A stretch of DNA of 64,000 bases, from NCBI GenBank assembly GCA_028534125.1, contig CM052828.1, positions 60,202,001-60,266,000 of the forward strand. Reading direction: 5' to 3'. Shown in pieces: positions 25,417-38,283 of the stretch. The stretch's first letter is position 1, and each line of letters starts with the position of its first letter. Below the pieces are notes generated by a model, which saw nothing but the letters and a program-made list of their open reading frames with translations, was not told the DNA's origin and did no database searches. A program made the position numbers and the translations under genes. This DNA comes from Lama glama. Lineage: Eukaryota.

Positions 25417-27127
25417 CTCTCAGATGTGAAGATCAGTTCCCGGGAAGTAGATGATGTTTGCTGGGAGGCATCGAGGACCTCCGGTGCCTCTGCAGGGCTC
25501 ACCACAGCGGGTCTTGGTTCTGCTCTTACCAGAGATGGCTCAGGCTAGAATCAGGACCTATGAAGTTGCTTCCTGGTTCCACGCCTCCTGCCACAGTTGT
25601 CTGTGAGTTTGCAGGATCTGGAACACCTTTCCCATACAGCTCAGCCTGCCTCCATCCCTGGGATCGGACTTAATTCCTCCTTTCTGACCTTTTGTTCCTC
25701 CATTAAACACCTAATCCTGCCTAGTCCTGGTTGGGCGCATATTTGCTCCTCCACTCTGTTGTCAGTCCCTGCGAGTCAGAAGTTCTCAAATTCACTTTGA
25801 ATCTCTCACCTACCCGCCAAGGCCCCGTGCACAATAGAGGCTCTCAGATACATGTTCCATTAACTCAGAGAGTGAATCACCTTCCTCCGGTAACCGCCTG
25901 AGGTTGTACCCTCTCTCCTCTCCTCTCTTTGAGCCTCCACTGACAGCGCGTGTCACCCGCATCTGGACAGGAGGCTTGAGCGAGTGATGGCTGGACCCAC
26001 ACTTGGCCTTACTCAGCCCCTGGGCTGCACCAGATGCTGAGCTCTGCTGTTCTGAGCACCTCAGTCAAGCCAGTTCCATTCAAAATTTCAGAGAAATAAA
26101 ATCTGGGTTTCTCACGAATGTTTCCGGGACGAAAGATGTTCCCTGCCTTCCCGGACACAAGACGAAGCCGCGGTTCTCTTTCCCTGCGTGAGAAGTGTCT
26201 GTGGGAGCGCGCCTTTGTTTGGAAGGGAGGAGAGTGAGCTGTACCGCGGGGTGCCCCGCCGCCGCCGCCACAGCTCCGGGAACACGTGTACCGCGGCGTC
26301 TCGTGTCACGGTGCGCTGTGGGGAATAGCAGTGAATAGCTTGGACCACAATAATGTGCATTGTTGATGTTTGTTAAAATAAAGATATTCAGTTCATAATA
26401 AAAGGGATTAAAAGCTCAATTCATGCCTATGTTAATATCTGCCTGCGAATACACAGATAAATGGTGCCGCGCCTTATCACGTTGAGCACCTGCGCGCACG
26501 AGTTCCTCCGCCGAGATCTCCGTGGGCTTGTGTGTTTCACAGAGCTTAAACTTCCATTTCCCAAAATAATGATATCATGCATTTACAGATATAGATAGGC
26601 TCTCCTCACTCCAACTCCATCCTGAAACGAGCATTGTGACTCCAGCTACAAAAACATGGGATTAATTGCAGCCGTGATACGAGCGATATTCCCGCTCCGA
26701 GAACAGATGGCTGCGCACCCAGCAGCTGGCAGCATCTGCACCTCCACTTCGGCGGGGCTGCAGGCTGCACGCGGACCAGCAGAGGGGTTCGGGCGCACCT
26801 GGCTTTGCGGGAGGTGGACGTCACAGATGCTTGTAAATCGAATCGTATTTTAAATGTTCTAGGGGAGTTTGCCCTTTGAAAGAGGTGATAAATTCTTTGG
26901 ATAACGTGCCCTGATGGAAAATTCACAAATGTATGTGAGCAAGTCTGACGTGATGATCCCTGGGCTAATTACTTAGAAGATGCAAAGATAAGCTTAGGAC
27001 CAGCTTTCACCTGGCTTCAGAAAAAACTAACATGAATCAACTACCAGAGGTGCTGAGCTACATGTTTTATTCCTCAGGGTGTACGCTGCATAGATGGCAG
27101 ATTATTAATATATTTGAAGCTCTTAGC

Positions 27128-27538
27128 TGTGTGTTCTCTTCTCGGGGCTGCCGTTATCAGTAACGAAGGACCACAGACCAGGTGCCGAAAGGTCAGAACT
27201 TCACTCTCTCACATCCTGGAGGCAGCAGTCAGGGAGGGAGGCGTGGGCAGGGCTGCTTCCTCTGCAGGTGCAGGGGAGGATCTGTCCTGGCCTCTCCGGG
27301 GCGTCTGGTGGTTCCTGGCAGCACGACTCCAGTCTTCCCGTGGCGTCTCCTGGGGTCTCTTCTGTGTCCAGACTTCCCTTTCATAAGGACACCAGTCGCT
27401 GGATTAGGGCCTCTCTCCCCCAGTGTGGCCTCAACTAATTGCATTTGCAGTGACCCTGTTTCCAAGGTCGCCTTCTGAAATACAGGGGGTTGGGGCTTCA
27501 AGATATGAGTTATCCAGGACACGATTCAGCCCATAACC
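27128..27538 (-). mobile_element. MLT1B/C-like MaLR solo LTR (copy A)
   Basis: ggggctgccgt...ataaggacaccagtcgctggattagggc...tttgcagtgaccctgtttcca...ggacacgattcagcccataac. Confidence 0.9.
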
Positions 27539-28259
27539 CTGGTGTTGGCATTTACAGTTTTGGGCAAGGCAGGTGACAGAGACCAGCATGAGGCCGGTAG
27601 GCAGAGCAGATGCTGCCACACCCAGCAAGGTTCCTGGAGGAGCAGGGCCCTGGGCCAGGCTGAAGCTGCGATCACCAGGGTGGCTTCATCTCTCAGACTT
27701 CCAGGAGCCTATGAGAAGAGGGGAACTGTGGACTGGCCCCTAGTCCCTGGGGAGTGAGCTGCCCCATGGCTGGGAGCAGAGGCAGGTGTGCTCCTAGCAT
27801 CTTGGTGGACCAGGGAGGGGACTGGTCTTGGAGTGGTAACTGTGCAGCTTCTGGAGTCAGAGAAGGGCCCCCTGGCTATGGGTTTGATGTCTTCCCTTGT
27901 GCAGGTGGTACTCCTGCCCAAACTGGCAGCTGGTGGCCCCGGGTGTGTTTCCAGGCATCGTCTCACTCTGAGCAGGATGGGAATGAGCGAAGCCCTGAGC
28001 AGTAATGGTTTCAGCTGCTCGATGAGAGGGAGCTTCCCTGCGCCCTCACGACCCGCCAAGCGCTGTGCTGAGCATGTGCGCTGTCATGGGGTCTGGCCCT
28101 CTCCTAGAGGGAGCCCTGATCCCGCTGTCTGGATAAAAGTGGGTGTTGAGTAATCCTTTGGAGGGTCTTAGCTGTGTGCTGGGCTCTGCCCCATCATTCC
28201 GGGTCCAGAGGGCATGGTCTCAGCCATGTGCTATGCTCCCTTTGCCGCAACTACTAAAA

Positions 28260-28755
28260 GATTCAGAAGGATGCCTTTGAGGAGGCCTTGCGGAGGAGGG
28301 GAAACGTGGCAGGGCTGGGCTGTAAGAGCTGGTCAAGCCTGGTGTCTGGGTTGGGTCTGAGCATCGCAGATGGTGGTGGGCGAGGTGTGCCTTCAGGAGG
28401 TGGGAGTCTGGCTCTCGTGGGCACAAAGCTGTGTGTGCAGAGGGTGGGAAGTAAGTTGGGGAGGAAAAATGGGAGTGATCAGACTGTGGAAGGCTTTGAC
28501 AGCAAGCAGTGGTGTTTAAAGTCGAGTCTGCTTGTGTGAGCAGGTGCTGTAAGTTCTTGAGAAGGGGGTTAACTTGACAAAGAGGAATAAGAGGCAACTG
28601 ACCAGAGAGTGACTGAAGGTGGAGCCCTGGGGGCCCGGCTCCCCATGGAGGACAGTGGCAGTAACCCAGGTGCAAAATGATGAGCTTTTGCAGGATCGAA
28701 AAAGAGGTAGGAACATTTTCAATGGAAGGCACTAAATTAGGAACAGACTTGCTGT
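28260..28755 (-). mobile_element. L2 fragment
   Basis: Antisense L2 motifs (gcagtaacccaggtgcaaaatgatg; gactgtggaaggctttgacagc). Confidence 0.55.
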
Positions 28756-29204
28756 AAAGAACAGGCGGTTTACATCCCTGATTATTCACAGCTATCGTAA
28801 TTTCATGTCATTTGATATTTACTGCAAAAAACCTATTGCACATGCACTCAAAGGTGATTTTAACAAATAAACACTGTGACTTTGCATACGAATAAATTCA
28901 CACCTCTGAGAAGAGTTGTCAGATCATGTGTCCTGTTACGAGTTTTGGCTTGTAGCTGAGAAAACACAAGTCCAGGAGCAGATGGATTGGGGCAGCTCTG
29001 AGCCAGCGTGTCATACCGCGGGTGGGCGAGTGTGGGGACAGGCGGCCTTGGCTGGGAGCAGGCACCACTGCAGACACACACAGCTGTGGGTGACCTTGAG
29101 GGTCTGGGGATGCAGGCAGCACGTCTCCAGTGGGTGCAGAGCCCAGAGCCCGGGAAATCAGAGAGGCCAGAAACAGCAAGTGAGAGGCAGGTGAGTCCCC
29201 AGCC

Positions 29205-29525
29205 GGGGTCAGAAGTTGGGCTTGTTTCGCTTTGTTTGGCTGGACGTGGACGAGCCTGGACGCCCAGCTGCAGACTCTGCCATTAGGATGGGAGAAGGAC
29301 GTCTACCGTAGGCTCCGAGCAGGGAGCACCGGCCGCTGGTGCGCAGGTGACCCAGACTCCCCGGTGGCTCGCCTGACTGCTTTCCTTTGCAGTCTCTCTT
29401 CTCTGGTTAAATCTGCTTTTTGGAACTCAGGGAAGGCCTAGGAGGCTAAAGCTTTTCTACAGACAAGAGGTGGGGGCCTGGGGATCTATCCCTGGGAAGG
29501 CCCCACGGGGCTCTGCTCAGTTTTG
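29205..29525 (-). mobile_element. Internally deleted ERV1-like LTR
   Basis: gacccagactccccggtggct...tttggaactcagggaaggcctaggaggctaaagcttttctacagacaagagg...gggaaggccccac...ctgctcagttt resembles laurasiatherian ERV1 LTRs. Confidence 0.6.
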
Positions 29526-30029
29526 GTGACTTCTTAAACCACCCTCTAGAGGTACGAAGTGTGTTCTTTGTTTCTCACCTCTGCTGCCAGCAGGAAGGAT
29601 GCTGGGAGGGCCAGAGCGGTAGCAGCCATCAGGGGCCAGGAGGCCTCCCTCGGGAAGCAGCTGTGTCTCTGACCTTGGGGGCTTCCTGCTCAGGGCTCCT
29701 CACCTGAAGGGGAGATTACGTCTTAATTGGGTGGAGTCACTCTCCTCGCAGATTTTTGTTGCTGTTACTCTCAGCTAAACTTGACCCCAGCTCATACTCC
29801 GGGCAGGGGCTTCCCCACACCAACCAGAAGCAGTGCTCCGTAAAGGAGGTGTTACCCGTACCCACCAGAGGGAGACCTGGGGCTTACTGTGCGGACAGGA
29901 GCCTTTGCCTCATCTCTGCTTCTAGAAAAAGCCAGCTTGAATATAAACTTCTCATTGAATCTGCCTCTATGTAAGGCGTCAAAGTATTTCTCTTCGGGTT
30001 AAGCACTCTTTTTGACAGGAATTTGGTCC

Positions 30030-30165
30030 AGCTGATCTGCTAAGCAAATTACATAATTTCCATGAACTTCAGTTTCCCTGCCTGTGGAATTGGGCACCAT
30101 AGCATCGCTGTGAGAACGGGTGGTGAGATGTGCCTGGCAGAGTGCCGAGTGGTGGGATGGACTCA
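30030..30165 (+). mobile_element. MIR SINE
   Basis: gcaaattacataatttccatgaacttcagtttccctgcctgtggaattggg. Confidence 0.55.
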
Positions 30166-30318
30166 GTTCACGGCGTTGTCAGTGCAGCAGTGTCGTCATG
30201 GAACTTCAGGGACATCGTAGATTTAAATAGAATGAAGGACGGGATATTCTGCTTTCCTAACAAAGGTCTGATTCTGATTCCTGTTTTGCTTTTGACTTTA
30301 TGTGGCTGCTCATTCCAG

Positions 30319-30366
30319 TAATTTACAATGGATTTAAATAATAGCAAAAATAATCTGCAGGTTTTG
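30319..30366 (+). other. Candidate 48-nt exon containing an ATG
   Basis: ctcattccag|taatttacaATGgatttaaataatagcaaaaataatctgcaggttttg|gtaagt. Confidence 0.3.
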
Positions 30367-30512
30367 GTAAGTGGGGCTAATCTCTAAATCCCTGGTACAA
30401 AGTAAATTCCCAAATATGTCCAGTATTCTGTATCTGAATTACTGCACTTTTGATTTTTGGTTGGTTAACTATGGTAAGCTTGCGTTTGGTCTTCTGTAAC
30501 ATGGAGGGCAAA

Positions 30513-30538
30513 TGTGTGTGTGTGTGTGCGCGCGCGTG
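30513..30538. repeat. (TG)n(CG)n alternating purine-pyrimidine microsatellite
   Basis: tgtgtgtgtgtgtgtgcgcgcgcgtg. Confidence 0.9.
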
Positions 30539-33500
30539 AGTGTGGTGGGGGCGCAGTATTAAGCAGTTTTAAATAGCTGGTCAGGCGCCATCCCAGTAAG
30601 AGAGTAAATGTGGGTTGACAGGCGCCTGTTTAAGAGCCTCTTTCTACAGGGCTTTTGCGACCCAGTCCAGACCTTTAGGCTGAACATTTAAAAGATAACC
30701 ATGTTTGTGGAAAGATGGATTCCTCCCTCTGCCCTCACACTTTCATTTACACAGAATGACTTTTCTTTAAACGCTGGATCTCCTGTTATGCTAATCAGAC
30801 AGGGGCCATTTCCAGTTCAGCTTCACCTGGGCCTGGTTAGCCAGTTCCTTTTGTGGCCTCTCTGGAGACCTTCTTCGTCTTCTAGGCTGTAGTGTGGTTG
30901 GAGCTGCTGTCAGGTTCCTGCACTCATTCCATTTGTGACGATATTGCAGACATTTCATCCTGCCATGCTGCTGGCCTGGAGAGCCGTGTGTCCCCAGGCT
31001 GGCGGCTTGCCGGCCTCAGTCTTCCTGGCCACGCAGCCGGCGCCTTGCCCAGATGCCCAGCTCTCCGGCTGATTTGCACTGACTCTGGGGCTGGAAGGTT
31101 GGCTCCGCGGAGGCTGACAAGAGACTCCGCTGCTCTGGAGTTAATTAGTGATTTCACCAAGGAGGCCGGGCTGGGGCCACTGGCCCCACTGCTCTCATGC
31201 TGACCCGTCTCGGGGGAAATGAGATTCTAAACCCACTACTTTTAAAGTCGGCACAAGAGACCCAGTCATGAAGAGTGTTCTGTGATTAGTCTTTATCACA
31301 ATTACCAGCTGTCTCGGAAACCCACAACAGCAACCTTCCTACTCCTGGTCCTGCCAGCCGGTCCCGCATCTGCGTCTGGTGCCCAGTGCTGGGAAAAAGG
31401 GGAGAACATGCCTGCCGGGTGGCGCCGGGGCTGAGCCACCGTGAACAGGCAGGGAGCCAGAGAGCAGACCGCCGGGCAGCTGGCCGTCCTGGGAGGTTTC
31501 TGTCCTGTTTGTGGGAAGAGCCAGAGTCTCCGGATCAGACCTACGCATGTCACATTGGTCTCCTAATCGTGGATGATCAGTCACGGTGGTCTTAAAAAAT
31601 CTGTCTTCCTGGAACATGTGAAGGTGCTGTTAACAAAAAACAGGAGACAGAGACAGAGAGAGAAGGATATATGTATGGGGGGAGGGAGGCTGACCTGTGA
31701 ACCTCTGGAGTGTGCCCTCCCTCTGCACTGTCCGTGCCCAGAATTGGTGTTCCTGTGCGGCCCCCTGCAGCTGCAGTCCTGACGTTGGGCCGGTGACTGC
31801 AAGTTCCCACACGGGGCTTGGTGTCCTCGCTGGTAAAATGGGGATGAGGAGCCGCCTTCTGGGGGTGTGTTCCAGGAACACTGGCCCCTCAGTCCCCGGT
31901 CCTGGCAGCCAACCCGAGGTGGTCCAAGAGCAGGTGCCGGCCTGCTCCTTTGTGCTCCATTTCTGGGGCCCATGTGTCCAGGCCTGGAGGCTGCCTGTGG
32001 CTCCGTGTCCAGGAGGCCCATTGGCCCCCATAGTTTTGGGGGTGATTCCAGAGCTCTAAAGCCGAAACCTCCTGCCTGGCCTTTTGCTAAGTGGAAATTG
32101 TAGGGACAGCTCTGCCCAGAACAGTGTCACTTGAGGTCTTGGGAAAACTGAGGAGCCGAAGACAGACGACCACCAGGGGATGCACAAAAAGCGGCTGTCC
32201 TGCAGTGACACTTGGTTCTCTGGAGACGCTGTGGACAGTGGAGAGCCTTCCACCTGCAGGCAGAATGTGGCTCTGAGCGCCAGCCTTGCCGATTGGAAGC
32301 TGGGTGACCCTAGGAGGTTCCTTAACTTCTCTGGGCCTCCATTTCCTTACGCAGGAACTGAGGGATGTACTGTCGAGTAAAACAGTAAATGGAGAAGAGC
32401 CTGCGGACAGCTGTAGGAGCGTTCACATGTCAACTATTTTTGTACTTAGAAAAGAAAGTGCCCAAATCATTTTATCACTTCAGACTAAGGGTATAGTCTA
32501 TTAATTGGACCTAAATATTACCTACTTTTTAGGAAAGTGTGCCTGTGGTGTGGTCAGAATTATGGCTGTGAGACCACCGGCCAAGTTAGAGGATAGTCAG
32601 ACCCTCAGAGTTAATTTGTTTTTATCCGGGTCCTACCTCATGGTTGATTAAGTAGTTAAGGATACGGTAGGGAACTATGTTTTGTGGTTTTGTTTTTTTT
32701 GGTGGGGGAGCAGCATCGTGCTCTGGCAGCTGCCTTTGAACTGTCTTTGTTTCCTTGCAACCAGAAGGTTGTGGTCTGTAAGCACCTTTTAAAGTGTAAT
32801 AAGCTAGAAGGTGAGAAGTGATCCTTCTTGCAGTCCATTCCCTGGAAGAATGCTTTCCGTACCTGCATCCTTTGATGGGTCTCGGTCTTTACTTCGTCTT
32901 GCACGTTACTCATGGTGATAGAGCCCCTTCCGTGTCCTGGGCACTGAGTTTTCCACCAATGGCGTCAGCATCACACGACTCTTAAACATCCGCGTCCAGG
33001 ACATAGTCTGGTTTGTTGCCACTGCCAGAAAGGACGTGGTCGGCCTCAAGGAGCGCTGTGCTCACAGCAGAAGGTGGGAACTGGAGGAGGCGGAGGCAGG
33101 CTTGGCACCGCCGCTGGGCTGTGGAGGAGGCGGGCACGACTGTTCACCCTGCTGCAGGACGGGCTTCCCAGGGGGAGAAGACCTCCATGGGGTTGGGCAT
33201 GAGCCCGTGTGTCCAGGGGAGCCTTGAGCAATGGGCAGGTGAGTGATGGAGTTAGGGAAGCAGAGAAGGTGGAACCTGCGGTGAGGACCAGGCAGAGGAC
33301 ATCAGCCACCGTGAGAGGCCGTTCAGGCACCACGGTCGACTTTCCAACAGGGACGGGCATAGAAATCCTATTGTAGTAACACTGCCTAGTGACTGGAGCT
33401 CATCACAGGGAAAGGGACTGGGACCAGGAGGAAGGCTGAGTGAGAAACACGGAGACGAGGAGCAGGACACGTGACTGGCTGGATCCAGGCGGCAGAGACA

Positions 33501-35088
33501 AGAAGAATAGAGGATGGAGAGGCCCCCACGACCCATCGTTTCTCCTGCACTTGGTGCCCCTTTGCCTTGGGTGGCAGGTCGGTTGCTGCTGATCTTCTTG
33601 AAGTGGGAAGCATTGTGAGCCACCTGGAGAGAAGGCCAGGGAACCAGGAAGGACCACTACCTGTGCAGGAGGCAATGCTGGTAGAGGCCTGGGCTCCTGC
33701 AGCAGGACCTGGCGGACAGGGACACACCCACGATGCACACTCTGCTTGGGAGGAATTCGGTGCCTGAAATGAGCAGCGACCTCAGTGCTGGTCAGCAGGC
33801 CTGTGCAGGTAGGCCGTTCGCTGGTGCAGCTGGAGCCTGGGGGCCTCTAGAGTTGTGGCAGTGTGACCAGTGTGTTTGGGGATAACCTTAGTGATTCCTG
33901 GCCAGTGAAGAGTCAGTCATTCTGTTTCAAATTTGTATTAAGTTAAAAATTCCTTTTATTTGCAGATAAACTGTTACATGTGGTGACATCTTTCTTTAAG
34001 GGGTCCCTCCTGGGTTTCCACCTTCACCTCCTTGCCGGGGCTCTGCAGGAACCCCGACCCGTCAGCACAGGGAGTCTAGACGAGCAGGCAGTTGGAATTC
34101 CGCCTGTGACGCATGCCAGCGTGTCCCGGCCGCACCGCAGACCAGCACCTCCCGCACCCAAGCACCAGGGCCCTGGGGACGAGGTGCGCCTCACCCTGCC
34201 CAGCGGACCAGCCTGCGACACCCGTCTTATGTCTGGAAACCTTTCCTTTTGCTCTGCAGTTGTAAGCAGCATCGTCTCAGTCACACACCTTTGGGGAAGG
34301 GAGTCTGGGAAGCACACTGAGCCTCGTCTTTCCGAGGTGCTTGTTCTTGTACCACAGACGGGCTTTCCCTCTGGACACTGTGAAGAAGATTGGCCATGGG
34401 GGATGGCCTCCTAGTTCAAGTTCCAACTGTCTCTCTGGGAAAGCCCCGTCCCCTTTCCTTGCAGACTCACACACAGATGCTTGCAACGGCTGTTTTAATT
34501 CAAACCTGGTTCAAATGTCGATCGTTTCAATGAACTACAATTAGTACACTATTTAAAAAAGATTATTTCATCATTTTGAGTGTAGTTGAGTATTCAGTCC
34601 TTTTCAAAATTAAATCTACTTTGGGGGCTTGAGGAAATCAAATCAGACATCGTGGTGATGAAAAAGAAAGCAAAATGTTACAATGCTGACTGTCGGGTCA
34701 ACAGACTCCTTTAGACCTACTCGCTCACTTTGACAGTCTCCTGGGGAGAATGGATTTCTGGCAACACTGTCTCTGAGCAAAACCACATTGTATTAGGGTC
34801 AAATAAAATTAAACTGAAATTGAAATGTAATTTAAAGGTCGATGGGTCTCAGTCACTAACTGCGGCACCCAGGAGAGTCCAGATACGTGCTCTGCCCCAT
34901 CGGACCTGTTCTTTTATGAGTCTCACTAACCACCAGTCGTCTGGGGACTTTGGTGGCCCGTGGACACTCGGTTAGCTCTGCTAGCACGGCAGCCACCGAC
35001 AGCAGACCGAAGTCCCAGAGGTGCAGAAACCCATCTCTGTGACCACCGCACCCTCCTGGACTAGGAGATGCGACATCTGTCTCTCAGT

Positions 35089-35110
35089 AAAAAAAAAAAA
35101 AAAAAAAAAA
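35089..35110 (+). repeat. Poly(A) tract
   Basis: About 22 consecutive A. Confidence 0.9.
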
Positions 35111-35599
35111 CTGAAATAAAGATTTGCTCTTCTCTTGTCTGAATGACAGCTCCATTTATTAATCGTGGATTAATTGATTTTCCTTCTCATTCTGAAAGAA
35201 CTCTGAGGAAGCTGGGTCACCAGCCCAGGGAGCAATTCCCATGCTTTGCCGTTCGGGTTTTGCAGAAAGCGTGAAACCAGCCCTGTTGACCTTTCTCGGG
35301 AAGCGGACTCACTTTCTCGTCCAAGGCTCAGAAGGGAGCACCCAGCCTTAGAGAGAAGAATGTGTGCTCATGCCTGCCTCCCAAAGTCTCAGCTCGCTCC
35401 TTCCCCCCAAATCTTTCTCCTCGCCAGCAGTGTCGCAACCTGAAAAAGAAAGTTCTAGCCCCCTGACTCCTTTCCCTTCAAACCCAAGTCTTAGGCAGTG
35501 GTGTTTCTACAGCTGAGAAATGGAAACAAGACATGGTCTTTAAGTGCCCACTAGAGCAGTGACTGCTTTTGACTGCTTCCTCCAAAATACAGCTGCCAT

Positions 35600-35725
35600 C
35601 TAGCACAGATGGAAACTGAGGCACGGGGTAAGTGACCTTGGTCAAGGTCACTTGGCAAGTGTGCATTGGAGCCCTGAGTATCTTGACCCGTGCAGAGCTC
35701 GGATCTGGATCTCCCAAGCCCCCTG
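35600..35725 (-). mobile_element. MIR SINE
   Basis: acagatggaaactgaggcacggggtaagtgaccttggtcaaggtcac. Confidence 0.75.
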
Positions 35726-37169
35726 GTGTGCTAGCAGGGAGGTGGTAGAGACCCCTGGGGAGGGGCAGGAAGGCCAGACACAGTCCTCTGACGGTGCATG
35801 CTGATGTCTGCGTTCATCCTCGACGGCGCGCTGCAGCGACTGGGCCTCACAGTGGGGACGCCACATGGAGCGGGAGACTGTCCTGGGGCTGGGGCTCCCT
35901 GGGCGGCCACTGAGAGGTGTTTTCATTTTGCCGGCTCGTAAAAGCTTTGTTTCGGAAAGGTAGCTTCATTGAGATGTCTTTCCCAGTGGAAACATTCACC
36001 ACACTGGAGGGAACACTTTGTTTGCAAGGTTGTTAATTTATCACCTTCTTTGATTCTTTTGAAGTAACACATGCTGGCCCCTAACCCTCTGGTCCATTTG
36101 GAAAGTCACCTGGTAGTGGCCATTTTTTTAGAATGAGAAAAAGCAAGGATGGTCTTTCTCTGACTATGGAGGAAGGAGATACGGCGATCAGGAGGGTCTC
36201 GTGTAGGTGTGCGTGCCACCAGGGACAGACACTCGCCAGACCTTGAGGAGCTCCCCACATCTTCTGCACGCCTTGAAAATACCTCAAAGGATTCACAGTG
36301 CCTTGCATGTCACCAAAGAAATATGTTCTTTTAACGAAGGTTCTTGAACTCTGTGAAAAGGCCCCAGAGAGGCAACAGCCTTCAACATTCAAGACCTTCA
36401 GGAGACAGGGCTGAGCGTGTCACTGGAGTGTGTCTGGGGACTTTTAGGTGAAAGCGTGACTATGCAGATTGTTGGTGACTTGCACATTGGATCAGTGGGA
36501 CTGTTGTGTGTCTGTCTGCATGGCCCTGAACGCAGTGACCACTGCAGTGGTGAGCTCACCCTGGTCTGTTCGCCACAGGGTCTCAGCATCCAAAGGTCAG
36601 AGTGGGTAAAGACACCTTCATGGCGCCCACGACCTTGGGGCAGCCGCTCTCCACTCTTCTGGTTGTTACTCTGGGATTTGGTGTGTATTTCTAAACACAG
36701 TGCTGTTTTTGGTTTTTCAGTGTCAGATATGATTTATTGACCTACTAAGGACAAGGAAGATTTCACTTCCTTGCATCTGCCCGGAAGCACACATCCTCTC
36801 CCCTGTCCTTTCCGTAAAGGGCTATTTTATCTTTTGGTTGCACTGACATCCAGCACCCATATTAACTTGCCGATCTACCAGCCACTCATGCTGAGTCTTG
36901 TGGTGAACAAAGGGTGAGCTTTTTTCTTATACTTTCTGTTTTTTCTGGAGTTTTGTTCCATTTGCATAATTTCCTACATCCTTCCCCTGTTTCCACCCCT
37001 AAGATTTAAATACAAGACAGTAGACTGACTCTGTCTCATCTGGGCTGCCTGCTGTCCGACCTGCCGTTTCGCTGATTCTCTGGGCTCGTCTGCTCTGGAT
37101 GTGCTGGGACGGCTTGACCCCCTACCCGCTGGGTCTCACATCAGTCCCTCACGGTTTACCTTCCTTCTG

Positions 37170-37970
37170 GTGGGGTACGTCTTCCACTCAGTTTCTAGAG
37201 AAGGTGTGTGTGGAAGATAATGTCTGGGTCATGGTCTTACTCTGCACTCGCCCTTAGCTGGTGGCTTGGCTGGGGACAGACATCTAGATTTGGCATGGTT
37301 TTCCCTCAGGTTTGAGAGTTACTGCCCCGTTGTCTTCAAGCTTCTGGTGCCCAGAGTCTTGAGGCTGTTCTAATTCTCCATCCTTTGTAACGGACTCCTT
37401 TTTATTTCCATCCCTAGAAGTGTTTGGAAGGGATCTTCTTTTGACCTGAGTATACTGAGCTCCGAGACTATGGTCCTTTTTATTTATATTATTTATGTGT
37501 GGGTGTCGGTCCATCCATTCCTTAATGGGCAACCACAGCCCAGATACGCACGTTCTTCAGTGGGGGCGTTTCCCTTAGTTCTCTTATAATTTCTTCCTCT
37601 GCATTTTCTTTCTTTACTCTTTCTGGAACCATACTGATCACATATTCTGTCTCCTGTATGGCTCATTTAATTTTTCTTATTTTGGCTCTATTTTCCGTCT
37701 TGATGATTTTTCTGACTTCTGAGTAATTTCATACTCTTTTTCTATTAAATTTTTAATTTTAATCATATTTTTAATCAATCATTTCTTGAGTGTGGCTCAT
37801 CTCCTTGTTACTAGGTTGCAATGTCTTCTCTTCTCTCTATGGTACTGTTAGTGATTAGTTGTGCTTATTTTTAAATTTCCTTCTGATCCCTGTCAAGGTC
37901 CTCTTCGCTGTTTGTTCATTTGTTTGTTTCAGCCTCTGTCTTTCTCTTGTCTGGTGACTCCTGGCTCTGG
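37170..37970 (-). mobile_element. Ancient L1/HAL1 ORF1-region relic
   Basis: T-rich strand with ttggctggggacagacatctagatttggcatggttttccctcagg...ccgttgtcttcaagcttctgg, corresponding to the antisense ORF1 C-terminus. Confidence 0.65.
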
Positions 37971-37998
37971 GCACGTTTAAGGAGAAGCACTAAGTAAA

Positions 37999-38283
37999 CA
38001 GCCATGCAGAGTTGGCTTGGAATGGCTTGGGAGAACCAGCCGTTAAATTTTCAGGAATTTTGTGAGCCCATTGGTATATGTTATTAAAAATTGAATTGTG
38101 TAAACTCACAATTATAAATTATGTGAAAAGCCAAAGTAACAAATACTTCAAACATCACTCTGTTTCCGTTCAGTGTATTTTACTGTTGTTTATGCTCTTG
38201 CGGTTACTACGTCTCCTGCGTGCTGGTCGCAGCACATGGTAGCATGTCCCGCTTTCCTTCCCAGCTCCCAGTCGGCACCACTG
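37999..38283. mobile_element. MER63-like hAT-Blackjack element
   Basis: gttaaattttcaggaattttgtgagcc...ttattaaaaattgaattgtgtaaactcacaatta...tatgctcttgcggtta; ends gcaccactg. Confidence 0.75.

Noticed and set aside
27182-27478. Apparent paralogous proteins: ORFs 27182-27478 (+) and 48636-48863 (-) share VVPGSTTPV...LLGSLLCPDFPF
   Set aside because: The similarity comes from the two homologous MLT1 LTRs and is seen in several frames, so it is not evidence of a gene family.
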